Positions 1 to 14,122 of a stretch of DNA of 64,000 nt are shown here, one piece after another. Location: contig CAWEMP010000016.1 of the NCBI GenBank assembly GCA_963810205.1, forward strand, positions 12,001 through 76,000. Reading direction: 5' to 3'. A program made the translations under genes and the position numbers. Source of the stretch: an uncultured Acidobacteriota bacterium (GTDB taxonomy: Bacteria; Acidobacteriota; Thermoanaerobaculia; UBA5066; Gp7-AA6). Within the stretch, counting starts at the first letter, position 1; each line of letters begins with the position of its first letter. Under the pieces are notes generated by a model. That model worked only from the letters and a program-made list of their open reading frames with translations, was not told where the DNA came from and ran no database searches.

Positions 1-14
1 CGAGGACGTCCCGT

Positions 15-1283
15 GTGGCGCATGTCGAGCGCGCCGTGCGCCAGCGGCGGCCGAGGCTGGGGCCGAGGCCGGGCCGGAAGTTCCCGCGGGAGCTCTCGCC
101 CTCCCGCGTGGCGTCCGTCACCGCGGCGCTGCCCGACGGAGTTCGCGACCCGAAGTTCGCGGACCTGATCGAGCGCATCGACGACGACCGGTTCCACGGC
201 GCCTGCCGGATCCAGGTGCACTTCGACGGACAGGAAGCCTTCGGCGCGATGCTCGCGGCGGTGAACGCGGCGCGCGAGGAAGTCCTCCTCGAGTCGTACA
301 TCTTCAAGGACGACCCGACCGGCCGGCGATTCCAGGCTGCTCTGATCCGCGCCGCTCGCCGCGGCGTCGCGGTGCGCGTGCTGGCCGACGGGATCGGCTC
401 GCTCGAGACGAGGCGGGGCTTCTGGGAGGAGTTGTCGAGGGGCGGAGTCCAGGCGCGGATCTTCCGCCCGCTCGGCTATCCCCTCCGCCTGCTCAAGATG
501 CGGGACCACCGCAAGATCCTCGTTGCCGACCGCCGCGTCGCGTTCACCGGGGGAATGAACATCGGGGACGAGTACGGGTCTTCGCTGCTCCCGAGGGAGC
601 GTTTGTGGCGCGACACGCACGCCCGCGTGGAGGGAAGCGCGGCCTGGGAGATGGCCCTCGTCTTCGAGGAGGCGTGGCTCGAGGCCGGCGGAAGCGCCCT
701 GGGGCTCGGGCCACTCCCGGCGACCGAGGCAGTCGACCCGCGCGTCCTGATCCTCGACTCACGTCCGGGTCGCGGCCAGCGCGAAGTGAGCTCGGTCTTC
801 GCCGCGATCGCGGGAGCCGCCCGCCGGACGCTCTGGATCACCGTGGCGTACTTCGCCCCGCGCACCCGGGGCCTGGAGATTCTGGGATCGGTCGCCCGCC
901 GGGGCGTCGACGTGCGCCTTCTTCTGCCCGGTCCGACCGACGTGGCGCTCGTGCGGCACGCCGGTCACGGCTTTTTCTCCGGCCTGCTCCGGCGCGGGGT
1001 GCGCATCTTCGAGTACCGCACCGCGGTGCTCCATGCCAAGACGCTCGTCGCCGACGGATACCTCTCGATCGTCGGCTCGAGCAACCTCGACTTTCGCTCG
1101 TTCGAGCTCAACGCCGAGTGCAACTTCCTCATCCTCGACGAGACCACGGGTCGAGGCATGGAACGGCAGTTCGAGGACGATCTGACGCGCGCCGAGGAGA
1201 TCCATCTCGGACCGTGGCGAAAGCGGGGCCGGCTGCACCGGATGGGCGACCACCTCGCCCGGCGCCTGGCGCCGTTTCTCTGA
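15..1283 (+). CDS. cls: cardiolipin synthase / phospholipase D-family protein (ClsB-like, no N-terminal TM segments)
   Basis: 422-aa ORF with two HKD motifs (HRKILVADRRVAFTGGMNIGDEY and LHAKTLVADGYLSIVGSSNLDFRS). The frame is open to the 5' window edge, so the GTG 15 start is provisional. Confidence 0.8.
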   Translation: MAHVERAVRQRRPRLGPRPGRKFPRELSPSRVASVTAALPDGVRDPKFADLIERIDDDRFHGACRIQVHFDGQEAFGAMLAAVNAAREEVLLESYIFKDDPTGRRFQAALIRAARRGVAVRVLADGIGSLETRRGFWEELSRGGVQARIFRPLGYPLRLLKMRDHRKILVADRRVAFTGGMNIGDEYGSSLLPRERLWRDTHARVEGSAAWEMALVFEEAWLEAGGSALGLGPLPATEAVDPRVLILDSRPGRGQREVSSVFAAIAGAARRTLWITVAYFAPRTRGLEILGSVARRGVDVRLLLPGPTDVALVRHAGHGFFSGLLRRGVRIFEYRTAVLHAKTLVADGYLSIVGSSNLDFRSFELNAECNFLILDETTGRGMERQFEDDLTRAEEIHLGPWRKRGRLHRMGDHLARRLAPFL

Positions 1284-1290
1284 GGCGGGG

Positions 1291-1738
1291 CTAGCGCCCG
1301 CGGCGGGGGACGATCATGACCGGGATCGTCGCGCGTGACAGGACGCGTTCGGCCGTGCTGCCGATGAAGAGGGAGGACACGGTGTTCCGGCCCCCGCCTC
1401 CCCAAGACGAGCAGCGCGTAGCCCCGCCCGGCCTCCCGGGCCAGCGCGACCTCGGGAGACCCGCGCAGCAGGAGCGTCCGGTCGCCATCCGACTCGCGCG
1501 ACCAGGCGGCCAGGCGCTTCTCATAGTGCGCGGCGAGGTCGCGGGACAGGACGCGCCCGCCGGCGCGGACGAGGTCTCCCCGGTCTTCGACGACGGCGGC
1601 GCGGACGTCAGAGGACGGGCGCACGTGGACGAGCGTCAGGGTGGCGCGGCTCCGGCGCGCGAACGCGCGCGCCTCCTCGAGCGCGCGGCGTGAGTCCGCC
1701 GAGAAATCGATCGCCACGAGGAACCGTGCGTGCGTCAC
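1291..1738 (-). pseudogene. universal stress protein (UspA family), one frameshift as sequenced
   Basis: The N-terminal part (MTHARFLVAIDFSADSRRALEEA...LLVLGRRG) starts at GTG 1738. The C-terminal USP signature (NTVSSLFIGSTAERVLSRATIPVMIVPRR) lies in ORF 1291..1524. The two frames join if the C5 run at 1391-1395 is shortened by one base. Confidence 0.75.
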
Positions 1739-1777
1739 CGCGCGAGCGTATCATCGGGCGCGAGCAGGGGAGGAGCG

Positions 1778-2317
1778 ATGAAGTTCCTGTTTGGACTGCT
1801 GACCGGCCTCGCCGGGCTCGCGGTGGCGGGCGGACTCGTCATCGCGAGCGGACGCGTCTCGGTCGGCGCGACGTCGCCGCCGAGCGAGCTCGAACGGAGG
1901 ATCGCGACTCTCGCCGTCGACCGCTCGGTCGCGCGCCGCGCGCCGCGCTCCGCGAATCCCGTGGCGGCCTCGGCGGAAAGCCGCGCCGCGGGTCTCGAGC
2001 ACTACCGCTCCATGTGCGTGACGTGCCATGGCGCTCCCGGCGTCGACCCCTCGGAGATCGGCGAAGGGTTGAATCCGCCGGCCCCGGACCTGACGCTGCC
2101 CAAGGTCCAGGCCCGCACCGACGGCGAGCTCTTCTGGATCGTCCAGAACGGCCTCCGGATGACCGGAATGCCGGCCTTCGGGCCGACGCATCGCGACGAA
2201 GAGATCTGGAAGATCGTGACGTTCCTTCGTCACCTGCCCGAGCTGACGCCCGAGGAAGGGAAGGCGCTCGGCGAGGGCGCCGGAGAAGCCCGAAGAAGCC
2301 CGAACGGCAGTCACTAG
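1778..2317 (+). CDS. membrane-anchored or secreted class I c-type cytochrome
   Basis: Hydrophobic N-terminus MKFLFGLLTGLAGLAVAGG, haem-binding CVTCHG and a distal Met region GMPAFG. SD GGAGGAG lies just upstream of ATG 1778. Confidence 0.85.
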   Translation: MKFLFGLLTGLAGLAVAGGLVIASGRVSVGATSPPSELERRIATLAVDRSVARRAPRSANPVAASAESRAAGLEHYRSMCVTCHGAPGVDPSEIGEGLNPPAPDLTLPKVQARTDGELFWIVQNGLRMTGMPAFGPTHRDEEIWKIVTFLRHLPELTPEEGKALGEGAGEARRSPNGSH

Positions 2318-2320
2318 AGG

Positions 2321-3651
2321 TCAGACGGCGAGCGCGGAGGCGACCACGTCGCCGACGGAGATGCCTCCGCGATAGTTCCCGACGAACCTGAGTCCCGGGT
2401 GCCGCGCCTCGGCGCGAGCCAGGGCTTCGATTCGGGCGCCGTGGCCGCGTTCGTACTGCGGGATGGCGCGCGCCCAGCGCGTGAGGAGAACGAGCCGGGG
2501 CTGCCCCCGGGCGAGACCCTCGGCTTCGAGGTCGCCGGACGGCAGCCGAGACGAGCTGGTCGTCCGAGAGAGCGAGAGCCGTCGGATCGCGCGCTCCGCC
2601 GAGGAAGATGGTGAAGAGCGCCTGACCTTCGGGCGCGCGGCCGGGAAAGAGGCTCGAGCTCCAGACGGCGCCGAGGATGCGCCTCGAGCCGTCCGGCACG
2701 ACGAGGTGGCCGAACCCGCGGAACGGGCGGGCGAGAGCCGTGGTCGGCCAGGCGAGGTGAAGGACGGCGAGCGGGGGATGCGGTACGGCGTCGAGGGCGT
2801 CGGCGGCCTCGGGCGCAAACGGGCGCACCAGAGCGGCCGACGCGGCCGCCGGCGCCGCCAGGATGACCTCGGAGGCATCGAGCTCGCCCGTCTCCGTCGT
2901 CACTCGCCAGCCCCCCGGCCGCGGGGCGAGGCCCACGACGCCGGTCCGCGGCCGGAACGCCGCGCCGAGAAACCGCGCCATGGCCAGGGGAAGCGTCTCG
3001 AGGCCGTCGCGGAACGAGAGGAGGCCTCTCACGCGGGGCGCGGCCTTCTCTACCCGGCGGCCGCGGCTCTCGCGGATGCGCTCCGAGGACGATGCTCCCG
3101 TGCAGCCGTTCCCACCTTGCGAGAGAGGGAAAGGCCTCCGCGACGGACAGGCGCGTGGCATCGCCGGCGAAGATCCCGCCCACGAACGGCGTGACGATCC
3201 GGTCGGCGACCTCCGGGCCGAGGCGCCTCGCAAAGAAATCGCGCACGCTTTCGTCCGGGGAATCGCCGCGGCGGCGGAGCGGCTCGGCCAGGAGCCGCAG
3301 CTTCCCCGATGTCGACAGGAGCCGCGTCGACACCAGCGCGCCGGGGGAAGCCGGCAGGGCGTGAAGCCGCCCGGCGAAGTCGACGAAGCGGGGAAGCCTG
3401 GGATCGCTGACGAGCATCTCGGGCGTCGAGGCCGAGCTCCGCGGCGAGCCCCAGAACGCGCGGGCGTCGGGCGCACGGTGTTGGGCCCGGTCTCGAGGAG
3501 GAACCCGTCGCGCCGCTCGGTCCGCACGACGCCGCCCGCGCGGTCCTCGCGCTCGAGGAGAACGGTCTCGACCCCGGCGCGCGACGCGCTTCGTGGCTGC
3601 GGTCAGGCCCGAGAGGCCTCCGCCGACGACCACGGTTGCCGTCGCCGGCAT
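2321..3651 (-). pseudogene. hemY: protoporphyrinogen oxidase (HemY/PgoX type), about 5 frameshifts as sequenced
   Basis: FAD motif VVVGGGLSGL follows ATG 3651. Conserved blocks GFLLETGPNTVRP, FVGGIFAGD, FGHLVVP, LFTIFLGGARD and AIPQYERGH are spread over three frames. Breakpoints are near 3580, 3460, 3422, 3085 and 2537. Confidence 0.8.
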
Positions 3652-4640
3652 CAGCCGCTCCAGAACGCCGTCGGCCGAGCGGGCGATGTCGGCGAGGGCC
3701 TGGAGGAACGTCGGCCGGCTGTTCAGCCCGGGAGTTCGGAGGAACCGCGCAATGCCCGCCGCGCGGGCTTCCTCGCCGAAGAGCTGGTCCATCTCGTAGA
3801 GCGTCTCGACGTGGTCCGTGACGAACGCGATCGGAACGGCGAGGACCTGCCGCTGCCCGCTTCGGCCGAGCTCGCGGATCACTTCGAGCGTGGGCGGGCC
3901 GAGCCATTCCACCGGACCCAGCTTGGACTGATAGGCCAGCGACCAGGGCCCGTTCCAGGACAGGCGCGCCACGATCGCGCGCACGCCGGCCTCGACCTCC
4001 GACGCGTAGGGGTCGCCCTCGCGGGTCACGAGCTTCTTCGGAATCGAATGCGCCGAGAAGAGCAGGTGCACGGCCTCCGGGCGCGGATCCTCGAAGCGGG
4101 CGAGCTCCTCTCGGATCGACTCGGCGTGGGCCTGCACGAAGAGCGGGTGCGTGGGCCACGAGCCTGTCTCGTGGAAGGAGGCTCCCGGCGCCGACGACGC
4201 GACGGCGGCGCGGCTGCGCTCGAGCGCGCCCTTGGTCGTCGTGAGGGAGTACTGCGGGATACAGCGGGAAGCGCGAGGAAGCGGTCGACGCCCGAGGCCG
4301 CGAGCTCCCGCGACGACGTCCTCGACGTAGGGCGCCGAGCAGTTCATCGCGGCGCGGACGAGGACGTCGCGTCCTCCGGCCCGCAGGATCCGCTCGACCC
4401 CGGCCGCCTGCTCGCGCGGTGAGCCGAAGGATCGGGGATCCGCCGCCGATCGAGGCGTAGAGCGCGCGGGAGGCCCTGGCGCGGCCCAGGGCGATCGCTC
4501 CGGCGATGGCCTTGCGCAGCAAGCGCGGGCCGGACGCGGATGACGTCGGGGTCCGAGAAGAGCCGGTAAAGAAAGCCCGGCACGTCGTCGAGCGTGGCCG
4601 GGCCTCCGAGCTGGAGAAAGAGGATCGCCCGGCGCGTCAC
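3651..4640 (-). pseudogene. hemH: ferrochelatase, 5-6 frameshifts as sequenced
   Basis: GTG 4640 overlaps the hemN stop (GTGA). Blocks ILFLQLGGP, YASIGGGSPI, PLYPQYS, LLFSAHSIP and VPIAFVTDHVETL sit in three frames. Breaks fall at runs 4291-4293, 4266-4268 and 4256-4258, plus near 4524 and 4415. The only nearby stop (TGA 3651-3653, overlapping the hemY ATG) is out of frame as sequenced. Confidence 0.8.
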
Positions 4641-6029
4641 AGCGTGCGGGAGAAGACCGGCTTCTCGGCGGTTCGGCCGAGATAGGCGTCGAACGGCATC
4701 GCGAGATTGCGGAGGAACACCCGGCCGAGGGCCGTCGCCCGGATCTCTCCGGGGTCGAGCGCCACGAGACCGTCCCGCACGCAGGGCTCGAGAGCCTCGA
4801 GCGCGGCGGCGAACTCCCGGTCGAATCGGATTCCGTAGCGCGCCTCGATTTCCGCCTTCACCACGACCCCGTGGCACAGGAGGCTCTGGATGACCTCCCG
4901 GCGCAGCTCGTCGTCGGCGCTCAGGCGGGCCCCCCGGAAGGTCGCCGCGCCCTCCGCCGCGACCGCCGAGCGGTAGTCGGCGAGCTCCCGCCGGTTCTGC
5001 ACGTACTGTCGGCCGACCGAGCCGATCGCGCTCATCCCGAAGCCGAGCAGGTCGGTTCCCGCCTTGGTCGTGTATCCCTGGAAGTTGCGGTGGAGCGTGC
5101 GGTCCCGGCGGGCCCGCGCGAGCTCGTCGTCCGGCCGGGCGAAGTGATCCATCCCGATGTACTCGTATCCGGCGGAGGTGAAGCGGTCGAGCGCCGTGCG
5201 GAAGATCTCGAACTTGGTCGCCTCGTCGGGCAGGTGCGGCTCGAGCAGGCTCTGATGCTTCTTCATCCAGGGCACGTTGGCGTACGAGTAGACCGCCAGG
5301 CGATCCGGGTCGATCTCGAGGACGCGGTCGATCGTCGCGGAGAAGCTCGCCGGCGTCTGGTGCGGGAGGCCGTAGATGAGGTCCATGTTGACGCTCGGAA
5401 AGCCGAGGTCCCGCGCGGCCTCGCACCAGATCGCGCGTGGCCTCGAAGGGCTGGATCCGGTTGATCGCCTGCTGCACGCGAGGGTCGAAGTCCTGGACCC
5501 CCATGCTGAGGCGATTGAAGCCGAGGCGCGCCAGCGTCTCGAGGTGTTCCCGCGTCGTGACCCGGGGGTCGACCTCGACGCCGAGCTCGGCGTCGGGAGC
5601 CACGTCGAACCGCTCCCGGATGGTCGTTCCGAGCCGCTCGAGAAGCGGCGGCGGGAAGTAGGTCGGCGTGCCGCCGCCCCAGTGGACCTGAACGACCTTG
5701 CGCCCGCGGTCGGCGCCGGCCGCCCGCGCCACCCACGTCGATCTCCTTCTCGACGAGGTCGAGATACGAGCCCTCGGCGACGTGGTGGGTGCCGGTGATG
5801 ACGACGGTGCACCCGCAGAAGAAGCAGAGCTTTTCGCAGAAGGGGAGGTGGAAGTAGAGCGAGAGGGGAGCCGGAGTTTCGGCGGCCCCGCTCTCGGCGA
5901 GGATCGCCTGGTAGTCCGCGGCGCCGAAGTTCTCCCCCCACATCGGCGCCGTGGGATACGACGTGTACCGCGGCCCCTGCACGTTGTAGCGCCGGAGCAG
6001 GTCGAGCGAGACGTCCCGGACGCGCTCAT
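4637..6029 (-). pseudogene. hemN: oxygen-independent coproporphyrinogen III oxidase (radical SAM), about 3 frameshifts as sequenced
   Basis: ATG 6029 overlaps the hemE stop (ATGA), but the conserved N-terminus (RRYNVQGPRYTSYPT, radical-SAM HLPFCEKLCFFCGC) is in another frame. VHWGGGTPTYF is in a second frame and NMDLIYGLPHQT through the C-terminus in a third. Breaks are near 6026, 5743 and 5424. Confidence 0.85.
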
Positions 6030-7077
6030 GCCGGTACCGCCACGGCGGCCCCGCGGCGGGCCTCCGCGAAGAAGGCCTCGACGCACTCCAGGCGCGCGCC
6101 CGGAAGCACTCCGTGCCCGAGGTTGACGACGTGGGCCTCGCCTCCGCGTCTCCTCGAGCATCGCGCCGCGTGCGCCGGGCGACCTCGGCCGGCTCCCCGA
6201 GCAGGAGGCCCGGATCGAGGTTGCCCTGCAGCGGTTTGGCGGGCACCCGGCGGCGGGCCTCGGACAGGGGCAGGCGCCAGTCGATCGAGAGGACGTCGGC
6301 GCCGGACTCGGCCATCGCCTCGATCAGGTGCCCGCAGCCGTTGACGTACAGGATGACCGGGGCTCCGGCGCGGCGGATGCCGGCGATGGCGCGCGCGGCG
6401 GCCGGGAGCGCCCACTCCCGGTAGTCTTCGCGCGCGAGCTCGCCCGCCCACGTGTCGAAGAGCTGCACCGCGTCCGCGCCCGAGGCGAGCTGGAAGGACA
6501 GGACGTCCGCCACGACGTCGGCCAGGAGGTCGAGGAGGCGGCGGAGCGTCGCGGGCTCGCGTCCCATCATCGTCTTGAGCGCCGCGAAGCTCTTCGAGCC
6601 GCCGCCTTCGACCAGATAGGAAGCCAGCGTCCACGGCGCGCCGCAGAAACCGAGGACGGCCGCCCGGCCCGCGACCTCGCGGCGAATCCTCGACAGGATC
6701 TCGCCGGTGAAGGCGATCTCCGCGCCGGGATCGAACCGCGCGAGCCTTTCGATCGCCGCCGCGTCGCGCACGGGCTCGGGCAGATCCGGCCCGCCGTCGC
6801 CGAACTCGACGCGGGCGCCCATCGCGGCGACCGGGACCAGGATGTCCGAGAAGAAGATGACGGCGTCCGGTCCGAACCGGCGGAAGGGCTGGAGCGAGAC
6901 CTCGGTGGCGAGGTCCACGGAGCGGCAGAGCTCCATGAACGAGACACCCTGGCGCACCTCGCGATACTCCGGCAGGTAGCGGCCGGCCTGCCGCATCATC
7001 CAGACCGGCGGCCGGTCGACGGGCCGGGCGCGGCAGGCGTCGAGGAACGCGCTGCGGACCGGAGTCGGGACATCCAT
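6026..7077 (-). pseudogene. hemE: uroporphyrinogen decarboxylase, 2 frameshifts near the 3' end as sequenced
   Basis: The N-terminal roughly 300 aa are intact (PVWMMRQAGRYLPEY, DILVP, QLFDTWAG). The C-terminal HVVNLGHGVLPGARLECVEAFF is in a different frame. Breaks are near 6163 and 6143. Confidence 0.85.
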
Positions 7078-9100
7078 CTCGAACCTGAATATAGCGCGCC
7101 GGCCTCGGGCGGGCCGCTATACTGCCCGCCACATCCGGAAGGGAGGACACATGCGGAAGACCCTCGCCTTGGGGCTTCTTGCGGGAATCGTGGCCATCCC
7201 GGCGCTGTCCCAGCCCTCGATCACCGGCCCGGTCGACCCGCTCGCGTTCTCCCAGCTCAAAGACTTCAAGGCCTATCGCTCGTCCTCGAACTCGAGGTAC
7301 CCGGACTGGAACGACGACAGCGCGCACATCTTTCCCGGCGAGACGCTGACCATCGCCGACCTCGAAGGGCCCGGCATCATCACCCACATCTGGACGACCT
7401 CGTCGGGCTCGCAATATGGATGGCCGCGGCTGCTGCGAATCCGCGCTTACTACGACGGAAGCGACGTGGCGTCGGTCGACGCGCCGCTCGGCGACTTCTT
7501 CGCCGTCGGGACACGGGCTCGAGCGGCCGGTCAAGTCCCTGATGATCCGCGACAGCTCGGACGGCCGGGCGCGCAACAGCTACTGGCCGATGCCGTTTCG
7601 CAAGCGCTGCCGCCTGACGGTGACCAACGAGAGCTCGCGCTACATCGGCCTCTACTACCACGTCGACTGGCAGAAGATGCCGGCGCCTGCCTCCCGACAC
7701 GGCCTACTTCCACGCGCGCTACCGCCAGGAGCTCCCGGCGCCGGCCGACGGCAAGCCGTACGTGTTTCTCGACACGAAAGGCCGCGGCTTCTACGTCGGC
7801 ACGGTCTTGAACGTCATCCAGGCCGAGCCCGGCTGGTTCGGCGAGGGCGACGACATGTTCTACGTCGACGGCGAGAAGGTCGCGTCGATCCAGGGAACCG
7901 GCTCCGAGGACTACTTCAACGACGCCTGGGGCCTTCACGTCGTCGACGGCGACTACACCGGCGTGACCGTCGCCGACGGGGAGGGCCTCGGAGCGCGCAT
8001 GACCGCCTACCGCTGGCATCTGACCGATCCCGTCCCGTTCACGCAGTCTCTACGAGTCGAGATCGAGCACAAGGGCTGGACGTACAAGCCGGATGGAACG
8101 GTCCGGACCGCGTTCGGGGTCCGCGTCGACCTCATGTCGAGCGTCGCCTACTGGTACCAGGGGGTATCGCGGCGGGCTCAGCCCGACCGTGCCCTACGGC
8201 ACGCGCGCGGCTGCCGCAGGGCAACGCGCTGCAGATCGAGCTCGAGAAGTCCCTGCCCGAGGCGAAGATGCAGGGCGGGAAGGCCTCGATCTTTCCCGGA
8301 GCTCTTCTGGGGCAAGGACGTCGTCATCTTCGCGGCCGACGGCCCGGGCTCGAAGATCGAGCTGCCGTTCGACGTCCCGGCGGACGGCGAGTACGAGCTC
8401 CAGGTCCAGGTCGCGCAGGCCTCGGATTACGGGACGTACGAGATCTGGCTCGACGGCAAGCCGCCGAAGGCCAACGCGCTCGAGCACGAGCCCGGCGCCG
8501 ACATCCGCGCCGAGGGCGTCTTCGACGGGTACGCCTGGGAGACCTACGTCGGCAAGATCGTCCAGCTCGGGTGGCCGCGCTCTGACGAAGGGACGCCACA
8601 CGCTGACGTTCGTCTGCACGGGCAAGCGCTCGGAATCGACCGGATTACAAGGCCGGCATCGACAACGTCATCCTGGCCCGGGTCGGGCGACGAGGCCTGG
8701 GCTGCGGCGACGAAGGACCGTCCGCCGGCCTTCCGGCCCGGCGACGTCCCGGCGCTCACGGCGCAGCTCAAGAGCCCCGATCCCGCCGTCCGCGTCCTCG
8801 CCGCGTGCGGGCTGCGCGACCGGGGCGCGACCGCGCTTCCGGCGCTCGACGCGCTCGTCGCGCTCCTGAAGGACAAGGACACGTACGCTCGGGCGGCGGC
8901 CGCCGGTGCGATCGGCGCGATCGGGCCGAAGGCGGCCCCGGCGGTCCCGGCCCTGGTGGCGGCCTGCAAGGTCCCTGGGGAGACGTGGCAGCCGCTGCGC
9001 GCGTACGTCTACGCGCTCGGCGACATCGGCCCGGCGGCGAAGGCCGCTCTGCCGACGCTCGAGGCGATGAAGGCCGATCGCTCGGTGGAGTGGGTGGTCG

Positions 9101-12007
<2,907 letters not shown>

Positions 12008-12059
12008 CGGCCGGTATCGTATTACGCGGTCGCGGCGGTTGATAAACTCGGCGGACCCC

Positions 12060-12869
12060 ATGGGATCCCACGCTCTCGGCTGGCTCGCCGTCGCCTGCTA
12101 CGCGGCGGCGGAAGTGTCGGCGATCCTCTGGCTCGCTCGGCCGCGGAGTCTCGCGGGGCGCGCCGCGCCGCTCCTCGTGGCGGCGGGCCTCGCGCTTCAC
12201 TTCGCGGACCTGCTGCATCGCGCCCGGGAGCTCTCCTCGGTCCCCTACCGCACCCTCGGAGGCTCGGTCTCCTTCTTCGGCTGGATGCTCGGGATCGCGT
12301 ACCTCGCGCTCGCCCTGCGCCACGGGGAGCGAACGACGGGCCCCTTTCTCATCCCGGTCGTCATCGCCGCCACGACGGCCGGCCTTCTCCTGCCCGACCC
12401 CGCGACGGCGCCGGCGCCGGGAACGCACGGCTCGGTCTTCGCCTTTCACGTGACGCTCGCGATCCTCGCCTACGCGGCCTTCGCTCTCTCCTGCGTCATT
12501 TCGATCCTCTATCTGGTGCAGAGCCGCCAGATCCGCCGGGGGCGGACCGGGCTGCTCTTTTCCCGGCTGCCGCCTCTCGAAGTGCTCGGCCGGATGAACC
12601 GCACGAGCGTTTCGATCGGCCTCGCCGTTCTCGCGCTTTCGCTCGTGCTCGGCCTCGTGCGCGCCGAGCAGGTCTGGACGACGATGGCGGACCCGAAGAT
12701 CGTCTGGGCCGCCCTGACGCTCGCCGTTTACGGCCTGCTCCTCTGGATGGAGCGCCGGGGATGGGAAGGCCCGCGGGTGGCGATCCTCTCGATCCTGGGC
12801 TTCTGCGTCGTCCTCTTCTCCTACACGGTCGTGAACATGGTCTTCAGCCAGGCGCACCGCTTTCGATGA
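12060..12869 (+). CDS. cytochrome c assembly family (CcsA/HemX-type) integral membrane protein
   Basis: Polytopic roughly 270-aa protein whose stop overlaps the hemA start (ATGA). It occupies the position that hemX holds in Bacillus-type hemAXCDBL operons. Confidence 0.7.
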   Translation: MGSHALGWLAVACYAAAEVSAILWLARPRSLAGRAAPLLVAAGLALHFADLLHRARELSSVPYRTLGGSVSFFGWMLGIAYLALALRHGERTTGPFLIPVVIAATTAGLLLPDPATAPAPGTHGSVFAFHVTLAILAYAAFALSCVISILYLVQSRQIRRGRTGLLFSRLPPLEVLGRMNRTSVSIGLAVLALSLVLGLVRAEQVWTTMADPKIVWAALTLAVYGLLLWMERRGWEGPRVAILSILGFCVVLFSYTVVNMVFSQAHRFR

Positions 12870-14122
12870 GCGCCGCCGAAGCGAGGCTGCTGCTTCTCGG
12901 GTGGAACTTCCGCGGCGCCGACGTGTCGGTCCGCGAACGGATCGCGTTTACGGCAGACGAGGTCCGGGAGGCGCTCGAGCGCATCCGCGGGCAGGGGCTC
13001 GCGAGCGAGAGCGTCATCGTCGCGACCTGTCACCGAAGCGAGATCTACGCCCTCTCCGACGGCGAACGGCCGCACGAGGACATCGCGGAGCTCATCTCGC
13101 GGTGGCGGGGCCTCGACCCCGTGGAGGTCGTTCGCGCCAGCTTCTCCCGCGAGGGGCCCGAAGCGGCACGGCATCTCTTCCGCGTGGCAGCCGGCCTCGA
13201 CTCGATGGCCCTGGGCGAGAGCGAGGTGCTGGGCCAGGTGCGCTCGGCGCTCGGCCTGGCGCGGGAGGCCGGGGCCACCCGCGCCGTGTCGCACCGGATG
13301 TTCGAGAGCGCGCTCGCCGCAGGCAAGCGCGTCCGGAACGAGACCGAGATCGCGCGCCACCCGCTGTCCGTGGCGTCGATCGGGTACGAGCTCGCCGCGA
13401 AAGTGTTCGGGCGGATGTCCGAGCGCACCGTACTCGTGATCGGGGCCGGCGACACGGGGACGCTCTTCGCGAAGCAGGCCGTCGAGGCCGGGGTCGTGGA
13501 CGTCCGCATCGTCAATCGGACGCCCGAACGGGCCGCGGACCTCGCCGCGCAAATCGGCGGGCGCGTGGTCGCCTGGAGCGACCTGGCCGAGGCCCTGCAG
13601 CACGCCGACGTCGTGGTCGGAACGACCGCGAGCCCCGCGCCCGTGGTGGGCCGGCCGGTCGTCGAGGCGGCCATGCGGCACCGGCGCGGCCGCCCGATGA
13701 TGTTCATCGACCTGGCGATGCCGCGCGACATCGCGCCCGACGTCGCCGAGGTCTACAACGTCTATGCCTACGGCCTCGACGATCTGGAGAGCGTCGCGGA
13801 GGAGAACCGGCGGCGGCGCGCCCGCGAGATCCCCCGCGCCGAGGCGATCCTCGAGGAGGAGCTCGCCCGGTTCACCGCCTGGTTCGGCAATCTCGCTGTC
13901 GTTCCGACCCTGACCGATCTGCAGCGGCGGCTGGCGAGCCTGCGCGACCGGGAGCTCGAGCGCCTGCCCCCGGCCGAACGCGAGCGCTTCCGCGCCTTCG
14001 CGGACGCGATCGCCGGAAAGCTCCTGCACGAGCCCCTGCGCCGCCTCAAGTCCGAGACCGACGCCTCGCGCAAGCTCGACCGCGTCGAGGCCATCCGCCA
14101 CCTCTTCGACCTCGACGAATGA
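12866..14122 (+). CDS. hemA: glutamyl-tRNA reductase
   Basis: Shows LLLLGWNFRGADVSVRERIAF, the active-site region ATCHRSEIYA and the NADPH motif VIGAGDTG. Intact. Confidence 0.9.
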   Translation: MSAAEARLLLLGWNFRGADVSVRERIAFTADEVREALERIRGQGLASESVIVATCHRSEIYALSDGERPHEDIAELISRWRGLDPVEVVRASFSREGPEAARHLFRVAAGLDSMALGESEVLGQVRSALGLAREAGATRAVSHRMFESALAAGKRVRNETEIARHPLSVASIGYELAAKVFGRMSERTVLVIGAGDTGTLFAKQAVEAGVVDVRIVNRTPERAADLAAQIGGRVVAWSDLAEALQHADVVVGTTASPAPVVGRPVVEAAMRHRRGRPMMFIDLAMPRDIAPDVAEVYNVYAYGLDDLESVAEENRRRRAREIPRAEAILEEELARFTAWFGNLAVVPTLTDLQRRLASLRDRELERLPPAERERFRAFADAIAGKLLHEPLRRLKSETDASRKLDRVEAIRHLFDLDE

